A program made the position numbers and the translations under genes. The notes beneath the pieces were generated by a model. That model ran no database searches. It saw nothing but the letters and a program-made list of their open reading frames with translations, and had not been told where the DNA came from. 64,000 nt of DNA from the human T2T-CHM13v2.0 reference genome, Homo sapiens, in NCBI RefSeq assembly GCF_009914755.1, contig NC_060937.1; one strand, given 5' to 3'. Each line of letters starts with the position of its first letter. The first letter of the stretch is position 1. This document shows, one piece after another, positions 26,006 to 39,269 of the stretch.

Positions 26006-29000
26006 GTATCACAGGATAGAACATAGGTTTAGGACTCCTATAAGCCTGCTTTCAAGCCAGCCCAGCAGGTTGGTCAGTTACAAACTTTGCTGCAAGTCCC
26101 TAAAACCAGTACCAGATGAAATTTCTCTGTCTTGTTTTCTGTACGTAACAGCTTAACCTTGTGATCATGTGGGGCTACTTTCTCTTGTTGTCCACCATCA
26201 AGAGGATGGGTATTAGGAGTTCATGTCATAGTAAGCCGTAAAAATCATCTTAAGCAGTTATAAGCCTTTGCAAGCTTGAAATTGGCTGTACTGGGCTTCT
26301 AGGAGATGCAATAGAAAGTGCTCAATGCTGTAACTCAGCAGCCAAGGCTATGTCTTTTGACAATGGCAGCCTGAGTTCATCTCTTTGCTGCAGGAATGAG
26401 TCCTTTCTGGTTTATTATTTGTGTAACTTTGTCATTTATTGAGATTTCCCCCCCATGTCTTGAATTTTTCTTTCCCTGAACTACCCTTGGGGAGATTCTA
26501 AATCTTATTAAAAAAAGAAAAGAAAGAAAGGAAGAAGGAAAGAAAGAAAGAAAGAAAGAAAAGAAAAAAGAATTCTGTGGTTACAATCAGCTTAATTAAA
26601 AACAGATATCTAAGCTCTACACATATTTAAAAAGGCTTTATGTTTTTTCTCTTCTTGGGCCATATTTTTCTGAAAGAAAAAAAAGTGTTTTTCTTCTCAG
26701 TCAATTGAATTGTTTTTCTTCATTTTTCTTCTTGCCTCTCTTGATGCCCATATGAGAAAACCTAAGATAATTACCACAGCCTGGGACTCCTGGGGAAAAA
26801 CCCCGTTCTGGGAAAAACCTCTGTTTTCCTCATGGAACCCCAGGAAGTGAAAACAGATATATACTTCTCAAAATCCAAGGCTCTGTTATACTTTACATTA
26901 TGTTACCTGATTTTTTTGACTTTTGGGGATATCAGAAATTACTTTGCATTGTGTGAGGGATGGCTAATGACAGTTATGGAGGGATACTTGGCTCTTTACA
27001 TACTTGGATCAGAGAAGCATGCTGTTGGCCACATGGAAAGTATGGAAACATCCCCACCTCCCCACCCCCCAACTGAGAGATGAGAGTGCCATGGGGGATG
27101 CGCTGATTCCAAAATGAGTTGAAAATGCTTTAAGGTCATAAACTGCTTCTTTGACTTTTGAAAATTGTTCAACTTACCTGCTTTGGAGCCATTAGATTCT
27201 AGATAAGGCCTGGGAACATATGGAGTTAGCCATGTCCACTACCTATGATGGAAACAAGTCAGACCTTATTTGATCTTCGGTCTGGTGTCCTAGACTCCAC
27301 ACCTAGTACATAATTAAAATCACTTACTTAACAGGTTTTTCACCAAAAATAAAAGTTGCGAAAAACTAACATTGTAACATGTAGCAGCAACTACTGTAGA
27401 AACAGTTTTACATACAAGGTGTATAAGGAAAGTAGAATGTGTTTTTGGTAAAAGATTATAAGGAGGCATGGGAATATGGTTTTTGTTAAAAAGAATGTAA
27501 TTTTGTCTAGCTCAGAACATTTTAAAAATTGTCTTAAACTGAAAGAATAGTGGGACAAAACTGAAAATTTAAGTAAGTTGAAAAGGGTTCATGAAGGGTT
27601 AGTATTATAAAGTTCTGTGAGTCTGAGCAAGTTGGCTAAGATTTGAAGGTGATTATTTACTTTTTTTCCCCATAGGTTGAACATTTAAATAAAAGCACAC
27701 TGACACAGGGCCAGAATCTGTGCCCATGTGTCTGAATAACAGGGTTCTCTAAGAAAACTGATCTTCTGTTTAACAGAAAATTGTAAAGGGTTCTTAAAAG
27801 TTTATTAAAACATTACCTTATGTTTAATTCAAATTAGACAGATTTATAAAATTTTATTAAAAACTAGTTTTGGCATGAAAGGTGCACTAATGAGAACATG
27901 AAATTAGGTTTTCTCTTTTAAAAAAAGATTTTTTATATAATATTAAAAGATAACGAAAGGTTTTTGTTTGCTCTTTGGGTAAATACCAGTATAAAAGAGA
28001 GGAGAGAGAGAAGAGATGGATTCAATTGGCCTCACGCTAACTTAATTGGGCCTTGTTGTTTCAAATGCTAAGTCTCCTCTATCAGAGTAAAGCTTTTTCC
28101 CTTTTAAAATTTTGGAGTTATTGTTATGGCCAAATGAATGACTTATGGTTACCTGGAATTCTATTTTGTGATATTCAGTGTTTTAAAACTTTGATATTTC
28201 ATAAACTTTCCAAAATCAAATTATAAAGTATGTCTTTTTCTGACATAATTAATCTTTTAGATGTTAGGTCCCCTAAAGTCCAAAAATAACATATTTGGCT
28301 TATTTGGTATATTCATACAGGAAGCATTGTCAAATATGAAATGGTGTTTGGCTTTCTTTGGGCTGTATTTATATAAGTATGCTATTAATATGTGTTCCAA
28401 AATTATGGGAAGCTTCTGTAATTCTAATATGATTTAGTGTATATTATAAATAATTATAATTGTTATGTAAAATTATTGTATGCCACAAAAGTACCAGATT
28501 CCTAGTCAATTACAGCTTTAACAGTGGCTATCCTAAGACTTTTGTCATCCACAGGCAATTTTGTCTTTTTTTGATCTGTCTCAAAAGGCAGTTTTTAATC
28601 AGAGATAGGGATCTGATGGGGTATTCTTGAATGCACCTCTCTGATAACTTTAAAATTGTTGTTACTGGAATAGAGGAAAAAAACAAACTTCTGGGGCTCT
28701 CATGGAGAGTTGATGTATTAACCATTGCTAATCCTTTTGTTTTCAGAGTCAAAAAAACTTAGTTCTTTTTAGCTATTTACATATTTTAGCAAGTGAGTAA
28801 AGTCTCCTGGGAGATAAATTTGGAGCATATTGCTTTCATTCTACTTTATTTCTCCAGCATTTAGAACCTATTTGGGAGTAATCTCAACTTACGGCAGTAT
28901 AGTTATTAGCATCAGTGCAATAAGAATACATTTTCATTCATAACAGGACACAATTGGAGAAACTGTTTTCTTACCAAGCAAGGCTTTGACCAGAATGGCA

Positions 29001-29890
29001 TGCTTTCTTTAAAGAATCAAAGTTGACTTATAGAGCCAATAAAAACCCCTTTGGGAAATCTGGCCTTATACCTTGTCTACCCAGTCCCTGTACAAGGTTC
29101 CTGACCTGTGATAAATAAAGAATGTCACTTTCTGATAGGCCCAGGAGCACCAGATTATCTTGGGACCTCGAGGAGAGGAATTCACAGGTATTTGTAGTGA
29201 AAGATAAATCCATGGCTGGGCTTCAGGGCTTTAAAAAGGTACAATCTGAGACTCCTTATAGAGCAAAGTTTCAGCAAAGCCAATATTAGAAAGAACCTAG
29301 ATGGCAAGTAATTATTCCTACTGCATTTCATGCAAATAATTAGGAAGAGAACAATAATACTAAAACTTATTTTACCAGTAAATTTGACCTGGTATGATTG
29401 ATTTTTTATAAAAATGACAACTGGAGAGAGAAAAATTATGCTTCAAAAAAACCAAAAACAGCTATAGTACACCTGTTGTTAGTTGTTCTTCGGTGTTTTT
29501 TCTGACGTTTGGGCTAAATCCTAAATTCTTTGTGGGCTACAAGTTCCCAAACTAATGCTTTCAAATCTTTACGTTTAAAACTGGGAATTGCACTCCTGGT
29601 TCTGGAACTCATTATTTACCTTATAGTACGCTGCTCCCGGAATGCTGTACTAAAGCTATAAATGATACTTTCTAATGCCTTTGTCATGCGAGCCTTGGAA
29701 CCCCAGAACGGTCTGTGTGAGTACACTCAGACAGTTGCAAAGTGGTTCCACTCCTCTCACCTTGGGGTCAACACCTACCCCCACTATGACCTTGCTTAGC
29801 AGGAAGAAGTTAGAGTGGTCTTTGCCCACTTTTCATATTGTTTAGTCAACATCTTAAGGTTAAGATGTTTTGAAACTCAAAGGGATGGAT
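26006..29890 (+). mobile_element. Non-coding AT-rich ERV1 (MER4-group/HUERS-P1-like) internal sequence ending in PPT
   Basis: MER4-group-like blocks (agcaggaagaagttagagtggtc; cataattaaaatcacttactta); purine tract aaagggatgga 29879-29889 precedes the LTR. Confidence 0.7.
26510..26572. repeat. (GAAA)n polypurine repeat
   Basis: Direct observation. Confidence 0.9.
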
Positions 29891-30500
29891 TGAAACTGCC
29901 ATAGTAAAATTATAATTGAGACAGTGAAAGAGAGCTAACCTAACTTCATTTCGCTTCTAACCTACAAGCTGTCCATGTTCATTCCTGGGCATAGGCTGAA
30001 CTAACTTTGGGAGGAACCTAGTTTATAGTTTAAAACAGAGACAAAAACAGTCCTTTCCCAAAACAAACCTCCTTTTTGCCTGGGAACTAGACTGCTTTTT
30101 TAGAACTAACAAATTGGCCACAAAATTAGCAATTATGGTTTAAGAGTCATGTAGCTGGCAGCTGAAAGATTCTGACCCACCCTAAATTGCTCTTGGGGAC
30201 AACATCACTATTATAAAACCTTAGATCAGTGCCTGAGATATTTCGCAGACCCTGCACTTGATGGATGAGCTGGTGCTACCCAGATTGTTAAACTGGCTCA
30301 TCTGATCTTGTAGCCCCCACCCAGGAACTGACTCAGCACAAGAAGACAGCTTCAACTTCCTACGATTTTATCTCTGACCCAAACAATCAGCACTCTCGAT
30401 TTACTGGCTTCCCCCATACCTACCAAATTATCCTTAAAATCTCTGATCCCCAAATGCTCAGGGAGACTGATTTGAATAATAATAAGACTCTGGTCTCCCA
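29891..30500 (+). mobile_element. LTR8 U3-R segment (3' end, U5 absent)
   Basis: Starts tgaaactgcc...gagacagtgaaagagag...ctgaactaactttgggagg (LTR8 start); stops at ggtctccca just after the polyA-signal position. Confidence 0.9.
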
Positions 30501-30793
30501 TTCACCAAAAAAAGTGTGTGTTCTAGGAAAAATAACATATTCAAGAATATACTTATTAGATTTCTTATCTGATCTGGTGCAAATGCAACACTACAGGACA
30601 GGACACTGGGAGTCAAGAGCATAGAGTAGTGAATGTATTCATAGTTATCATGTTTGTTCATAGTGCCTATAGAAGGCAAGGTGGTGACAAACCAAGGGCT
30701 ACTTCAGATGGCACAGACGATTTTATTGATAGCATATGAAACTCAGGTTTTAAATTCTTGGCTCAAGACACAATTATAGAAAATGGAGATTTT

Positions 30794-31124
<331 letters not shown>

Positions 31125-31452
31125 CTATTCTTTCAACTCCTTCAGCCAGAGTGCTGCTAAAACAGAAAATCAAATGCATGGTCTGATTCAGCAAAATCCT
31201 GATATATAAAGCCGAGTAAAATTCTTAGGACTTCCAAGTCTTTTTTATAAAATTTTGGGAATTTATTGATATTAAGAATAACCAGGAATGTTGAAGAAAA
31301 AAATGATAATACAAAACACATGAAAAATTGGTCACCAAAAGAAGCAATCTATTCTGGTCAGTGTAGCTTTTGCTGCTTTGCTTAAAGACCCTGAGAAATT
31401 TGCCTAATAATGGTAAGAATGTTCTATGCTCGCATATTCTCTCTCTCTCAGT

Positions 31453-31453
<1 letters not shown>

Positions 31454-31489
<36 letters not shown>
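31454..31489. repeat. (GT)n microsatellite
   Basis: Direct observation. Confidence 0.95.
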
Positions 31490-31491
<2 letters not shown>

Positions 31492-31504
31492 CTGTCTTTC
31501 TCTC

Positions 31505-32209
31505 TTCATTTATTCATTGTGGTAAGAACACTTCAAATGATATATACACTTTTAACAAGCTTTCGAGTGTACAATATCTTATTGTTGACGATAGGTACAA
31601 TGCTGTACAGCAAATGTCTAGAGTTTTCTTTTTGCTTGATTGAAACTTTATGCCTCTTGATTAATAACTTCCTTTACTCCCCACCCCTTAGTCCCTAGTA
31701 ACCATCATTCTACTCTTTGATTTTCTGAATTTGACTACTTTTGATACCTTATATAGATGAAATCATGCATATTTGTTTTTCCGTGACTGGATTATTTCAC
31801 TTAGAATAATACCCTCAAGGTTTATCTATGTTTTCACTTATTGTAGAATTTATTTTTTGAATCTGAATAGCATTCTATTTTAGGTGGATACCACATTTTC
31901 TTTATCTAGTCACCTGTCCGTGAACAGATTATTTCTCCATGTTTTGACTCTTATGAATAGTGCTGCAATAAACATTGGAGTACTAATATTTCTTTTAGAT
32001 TCTGATTTCAGTTATTTTGGATAAATACTCAAAAGCAAGATTGCTGGATCATATGATAGTTCTATTTTTAATTTTTAAGGAACCTCCATACTGTTTTTCC
32101 TAGTGGCTGTACCATTTTGCATTTCTAACAACAGTGTGCAAAATTCTAATTTATCCACATCCTTACCAACCCTTGTTGTCTTTTTAAAAATATTAGTTAT
32201 CCTGACAGG
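31505..32209 (-). mobile_element. L1MA-type LINE-1 3' fragment
   Basis: tgtggtaagaacactt...gtgtacaata...ataggtacaatgctgtacagc...gattgctggatcatatgatagttctatttttaattttt. Confidence 0.85.
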
Positions 32210-32309
32210 AAGAGTGTTCTCTTTATACTCTACCACTCATTGTCCACAAATTCAGAACAACATCACATTAAACAAGACAAATTGTAAAATCATATATGGG
32301 ATAAGGAGG

Positions 32310-34290
32310 CTCATAAGCTAAAAGGATAGATGTTTTGCTATTATGTCTATAAAGAAAATGGGTAAATGTGCAAAAATGTATTTCTAAGGTGCTAGGCAAG
32401 AGAATGAGAAATGTAAGTCTATATATTGAATTTAGAAATATGAGTTTATTTACCAGAGATTTTAAATTTGATGTGTTTCACCAAATGTGGTAGTAATCTG
32501 TTCCCAGCAAGGGTTGATAGTAACCTAAATAAATGGGGTTCCACACTAAATAAACTTGAGATGTCAGAAATCTTTTGATATAATGTAGAGATAAGATGCC
32601 AAGTCTATTCATGATAGAGATGTTGGAATGGGTTTATATTGCTTACTATGCTCAGCTACCACTTAGATAAGTTGCTGGATGAGGCAACAAATTAATCATT
32701 TTAAGAGGCATTGAGAAATTCTTTTAGGAAAAGGAAAGCAAGCATCTTTTAAAAATACTATTTTGGCTGTTTTCTAAACACCAGTGATTTAGATATTAAA
32801 TTCTGCCAATGAAACATTCTGCCTGATTTCAATGTGAATAATAAGATGCTGGTGAGGCAAAATTCTAGTATCAATACTAAACTCCAGAGGTAAACTTCAC
32901 AGTTACTAGGTCTTGCCTATAATCAGAATAGAATAATCGGCAAGACTGCATAGAAGTAACTAATTAATTATGGTTTCCTGCAACAAACATAATCAGGTAC
33001 AAGTTGCATCATTATACAATTAGGTTTTTATAATTTCAAAAGCCCATACTCTATAGGCCTGGTTTACAGTTCCCTGAGTTGAGGCAACACAATCTCTATC
33101 CCTGACTCAACTTCTAGTCTAAATCCATTCATAATATTTATGGGTCCATAGGGTTCCCTGGAGTAAGAACTACACTATAACATTACAAGCACCTTTAATA
33201 AGTCACCATTTTAACTTTTACTGACATACCAATTACCTCTCCATTTACCAGGTAACTGTATACTTGGTAAAGTAAGCTAATCTCAATTCATCAGGAATAA
33301 TCGTACACATTTCCATGTTATATTCAGGAATAGAATGTGGAATGGCACCATTATCATGGTGGTAGCTTATGGGTTTCAGGTTACAAATATGTTTGCCCAT
33401 GTATATCTCAGTAGAACTTTATTGAGTAAGGAAATACATACTGGGACTATTTTCTTGAGTGGACAATTGGAATAAATATATTTTAGAAACTGGAAAAATC
33501 ACCATATTCACTTTCTGATCCAAGGAGTTAAATCTATTAAGGAAGAGCCAAATGAAATAAACTAGAGTTTCCACTCCTCTCCAAATTTAAAACCCCAGAG
33601 CATTACCCTGTCTCTGGAGTGATTTTAACATTTATTCCACCAACAGAGATGTGAAAAAATGCAAAATTATTTATTTTTATCATAAACCATTTAACATTTC
33701 TGTTTACCTTGTGAAGAAAATGTTGGAATTTGGAGAAGACAGAATAATTGAAGATAATTGGGAGCTTAGTTAAATGGTGATATGATTGCTGCTGTTGTTT
33801 TATATATTCTGTCTTTACTGAGGTGACGCAGCCCAGCCCTTATACCTAAGCTATTCGTCTCTCAAAAGTTTTCTCCTTCATTTAAGGAGTAGAAAATATC
33901 AGAAGCAATTTACCTTTTCCTAACAAAGATGAAAGTTCATATTTACAATCTTGCCTCAGAGTTTATTTAATTTCTAAGCCTATGCTATAAACATTGATCA
34001 TTACATGCTCCCCAGGCCACGATTTTCATGCACTACTTTGAAAACATACCATTAGTTCCTGGAAAAGAAAAGGTAGTGGATATTTTAGCAGTGTTAGAAA
34101 GACAGATGTGTAACAGAGGAAAATGGATTTATCTCATCAAAATAAAGGCACCATTCATCTTATTTACATTTTCTGAGTATCTTGTCCTGGGAAATACTTG
34201 TATATTGTGTGCAGATTTGAAGAAATTGGCTCTAAATTGTAACCAGTATCACTGCAAAAAGAAACAGTGTTGGTACGGCTTCCTTTAATG
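32310..34290 (+). mobile_element. Ancient ERVL-class internal region (gag-pro-pol relics)
   Basis: HERVL-like blocks in order: ttgatataatgtagag (gag), ggtagcttatgggtttcaggttacaaat (pro), ccatttaacatttctgtttaccttgtgaag and tttacaatcttgcctcagagtttatttaat (RT, TxLPQGY-like), atgcactactttgaaaac (YxDD position). Confidence 0.7.
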
Positions 34291-35699
34291 CTTACACACC
34301 CGAAGGGCTATGATCGGTTAGTGAGGGGGAGCGACTCACAGTTCTTTTCATCCTTCTAAGAGTGGTGGGAAGAGGAAAAATTCACTATAGATGGGGAACA
34401 TGGAAAATGTGTGAATTTTAATCAGTTTTACTGGTTGTATAGGACACGGCATGACAGATAACAATCTCAAGTTTCACAGGCACAGAATGCATCTGATTGC
34501 ACCTGCAAACACCTATCCATGGGGCTTGATTGAGTACAGAGCAGAAGAACAACGTCTTGGAGTCATTGTGGGAAGCTGATCATCCTCCTGCGCTGCTGAA
34601 GCTCAGGGGTTTTCCCAAGTGCACTACAGCTACTTTCTGAAGTCCGAGGTTTGGGCAAAAGAGCAGAGAGGGAACTCTGGAGATACAGGATAGTGAGGAT
34701 GATGGTACTGAAGAGCAAAGAGAACATCCCAGAATATACAAAAATTGTCATGCAGTCTATGAAGCACAGGGAAATTTCCCAAAATGTGCAAAGCCTGCAT
34801 TTCTGCTATGAAACCTCAACAGAAATTCAGGATTTCACCAGTGCTTAGGCTCCAAGCCCTGGTGAAATCAGAGTCATGTCCCTGTCCTCAAAATGTTTGA
34901 CACCGGGGTGGGCCCAAAATAAATAAAACCACGATGAAGCCTAGATGTAGTTTACCTACAGTTTAGATTGATTCCACCCTCTGACACTAGTGACAGGACA
35001 AAAGAAACTGTGTGTTCTTCACAGGAGCCCAGTTCCCAAAAATATAATAGAAAATGATACACTCCATTGTTAACAGGACCCTCTGTAGGGTTGGGAGGGC
35101 TCTATTTGCGTTAAGCATTTCTAGCTCAGCTTTACTTTAGTCAACTGAGGGAATAATGACAAGGTGTATCACTAAAATATGTGGATGCTATGTGAAATGA
35201 ACTAAAATCATAATTTCATTTTTAAAAATTTCCTCCTTGAGCCCTCTACTTTAATTATAGGACCTGGATAACACCTGGTGTCCCCTAGTAAGAAATCCAT
35301 AACTAGTAGACCTCAACTATTCTTTTATTCACCCTTCCCAATGCACAGTTATCCTAGAGAGTGACCAATTTGAGGAAACATTTGAGTGAGGAACATTCAT
35401 ATCACATTGTGATAATTACGCATACTTCACTCTGACATTTAACGTCATTTCTTGTATCTTGCCATTCTGAAATTCTGTGATCTATTCATTTTACAGAGCC
35501 CATTTTCTTCCCCAATATCTTCTGTGTACACCGAACTACAAAAATAAAAATTTTTTAAAAATGACAACCAAAGAAAAAACCCCAAACAGCCATTACAAGT
35601 TATCCAGAATAGTGAGTGACTTCTCCAGTACATTTCTTATTGCCTAAGGGGATGGAAGCCTTCTGGCAACTCTTAGAAACATAATTGCATACTGGTTTC

Positions 35700-36386
35700 T
35701 CTAAGGACAAAAACCAATTAAAAATAAGAGCCTTAATCCTCAGGAAAGATATTTTCCTCCTCTCCTTTTTCTTTGAGTATTTAATTTAGAAAATGTGTAA
35801 TTACAAGTACTTGCTCCTCCTTTGAAATGTATATATCTCCTTTTCTAAACTAGATAGGCCTTTCAACTTTATAACCTAGGAATGTCTTTCTCAAGGACCT
35901 GGGAGCTATCTCTTTGAAATATAAACATCAAGGAAGATAGGACCCCTATGTTCCAGTTTCTGTAGAAAAATAGGAGTCCAATTTTTGGTAGACTCCTTGC
36001 TTCAAGCTGCAAAATTTCCTCCTGTTAAAAAGCTGTAAGTTTTCCTCTCCTCTGGATGAAGCCACTTAGCTAATCACAGATGATCACCCAAATTCCCAGG
36101 TCAAGTTAAGATAGATTATGTGTGACAAACGGTGTTGTGAAGTCCTCTTACTTGAAGACTAATGATAGTTTATAACATGTATGTAGTGGATTGTATCTGC
36201 TTAGCTAAATAATAAACGTGAGGGTTTTTTTTCTCCTTTTGCCGTCTTTTACTAGATTCCCTGTGATACACATTGCATTACATTTTAGGGCTTATTCAGT
36301 AGTAAATGTTTTATTTCTCTACCACCTTTGTGGAGAGGATATCTGCATTGGAAAAATATTCTGTTTTTCATTATATTTATCCAACA
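35700..36386 (+). mobile_element. ERV1 solo LTR (MER89/MER90-like)
   Basis: ggaatgtctttctcaaggacctgggagctatctctttgaaatataaacatcaaggaagatag; ends cctttgtggagagg...ccaaca. Confidence 0.65.
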
Positions 36387-38136
36387 ATTCTCAGTATATA
36401 TTTAATAAATACATTTTAACCATTCCGATCTCCGTAAGTCTTCCCAGCAATGTTTACCACTAACAAAAATGTTCTAGCATCTGCACTCAATTTATTTTAA
36501 GTTATTGTTAATCTCAAGATTGAAGATACCTTCCTAATAAAAAAAAAATAGCTTGAACTCCAGGTACCGTTGCCAAATATTAAGTCACGTGTTACGGTTA
36601 AATATTCCCACATTAATGAATTCTGTTTACCCAGATTTGTATTCTGTACTTCCTTCTTTGCACACCGCCTTGGGAACCACCCTTACACATGGTATCTTGT
36701 TTCCTAGAGCACAATATGACCAGGTTTTGAAGATCTATCAGCAAATGGGAATGTTTGTCCTGGTATAAGCTTGTGCTTCTCAACCTGGACCATATAGAAA
36801 CTTGGCTTTCCAGCCTAAAGATGGATAAAAGGTGTTTGGGGCTAGTCTTGAAGGAAATAAGTGTTACCTTGTGATGGACTTGCTTAACCTGAGTGCATTT
36901 TATAGTCTTGGCTAGTGAAAATGATCACTTCCCCTTTCTAAAAATCTTAATAGCATGAAGAGGATCAAGTTTTTCAAGTGCAGCTACCTATATTTTTCCT
37001 CCTCAAGTCTCAGATGCCTTCTCTTTTAATCACTCCTTTATTTTATAATAGAAGACTATTCAGTAATGCACATTTAACCTTTTCTTTGAAGCTTTGCCAA
37101 GACTAAATGCACATTTTTTTTTCTTCTTTCAGCACTGTCAATCAGGTGACTACAAGGGGTAAGACTAATTTAAAGTTGCTATGGAGGTCTTCTGGTTTGA
37201 AAGCATTCATTGCATTGGCAAGAACTGCCTTAAAGCTATTAGGTTATTTTTACAAAGTATCCAGTAATGTCAATCCCACTCCACAATCACAATTATGTTT
37301 ATTGTTGCCCATAGTGATTGAACACTACATTAATTATCCAATAATTTGCCCTCTACATGTATTTTATCTCAATTACTAATTAAGTAATCTTAAGTAATTG
37401 CGATGTGACAATTTCCAGAAGCTATTATCATCTCAAACTCATATTACTGGGTTCACTGTTGTCTTAAGTCAGGTGAGTAATCCAATTTTACAATCTCATT
37501 CCAAAGGCTTATTTTCTGAAACAGTACCTGCTAGCAATTTCCTGAGCTTTAGTTTCTAAAAAAGACAAACCTTATACATAGAATAAATGTCAATTCTTTA
37601 TTTGACTCTTAAAATCCTAGGGCAATGACAATAAGACAATAGGGATGTGATACAGGTAAAACTGGGAAGAACTGCATGATGAAGCATTACTCTCCTGGCT
37701 ACTGCTTTACGATGAGCCCTAAAAAATCATAGCAGTTTCTCTAGCAGATACATCTATAGACTCATGTAGACTGGCTCCATGGACGAACAGCCTGGAGTTG
37801 TCCATTGAAAGGACAATAGCAGGTATAATTTACTTGCATATTACCCTCTTATTTCCTGTTTGATTTCATTCACAGTAGAACAGCTTCAAAGCCTGAGGCT
37901 GATCAGCCCCATAGCTAGTGGTTCTGATTTAACCAATTTGTTTTTATGCAAGAACATGGCCTGCCACACCACTGGGCAGGAATCTGATTTCTACCGTGTC
38001 CACCTTATGTAAATGGACACGGATTTCTACCGTGTCCAGCTAATGTAAAGATAAGTGTGTGGGAATGCGGAGGCCGGGGGTGGGGTGGGTAGGGTGTTAA
38101 CTTTCCGAATGTATATCTATAGGCATTGAGGGATAG

Positions 38137-38467
<331 letters not shown>

Positions 38468-38963
38468 AGGAAACGTTCTTAATGTGAAAAATTTTACTAA
38501 CACAGCTATATGAAACAATTTAAGTTGTAGAGGGAGAAATTGTACCTACGTTTTCCAAAATGTAGACAATAAAGGATAGCTAATATCATCTGTAACTCTT
38601 CCCATGGCACTAGATTCCATTCAGCATTGTAGTACAATAGAAAAGAGATGTCAAGATAAAAATAAAGGCAATAAAATTATCTCTAGTTATGGATAATAGG
38701 AAAAAATTGATTTAATTCTAATCTAAAACAATTAGAAATAAGTTTGGCAACATTCTGAATATGAAAATTGATTCATAAAAATAACATATTGGATTTGTTT
38801 TCAAGAAAAATAATCAACTAAAAAGTTACTAACAGATAAGACAATTTAAGCCATCACCAAAAACTATACCTTACACATGAATATATTTAATGTACATTAG
38901 CATCAAGAGAATGTTAAATCTTTTCTAAAGATTATAAATGAAGGTCAGAATTAATAGTTCTAG

Positions 38964-39269
<306 letters not shown>

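Larger units (their letters stand above)
22190..30513 (+). pseudogene. Processed (L1-retroposed) copy of an LTR8/HUERS-P1-like ERV1 RNA: R-U5-internal-U3-R-(A)n
   Basis: 5' LTR lacks U3, 3' LTR lacks U5, ~50-nt R present at both ends, short A tract 30507-30513, 11-bp TSD AAAAGTGTGTG (22179-22189 / 30510-30520) preceded by TT. Confidence 0.85.

Noticed and set aside
22190-30500. Intact provirus with coding potential
   Set aside because: LTRs are reciprocally incomplete, the TSD is 11 bp, and no long gag/pol/env ORF exists
36584-36590. Isolated E-box CACGTG and other single TF motifs (e.g. TGAGTCA near 19177)
   Set aside because: Single short motifs without supporting context are expected by chance
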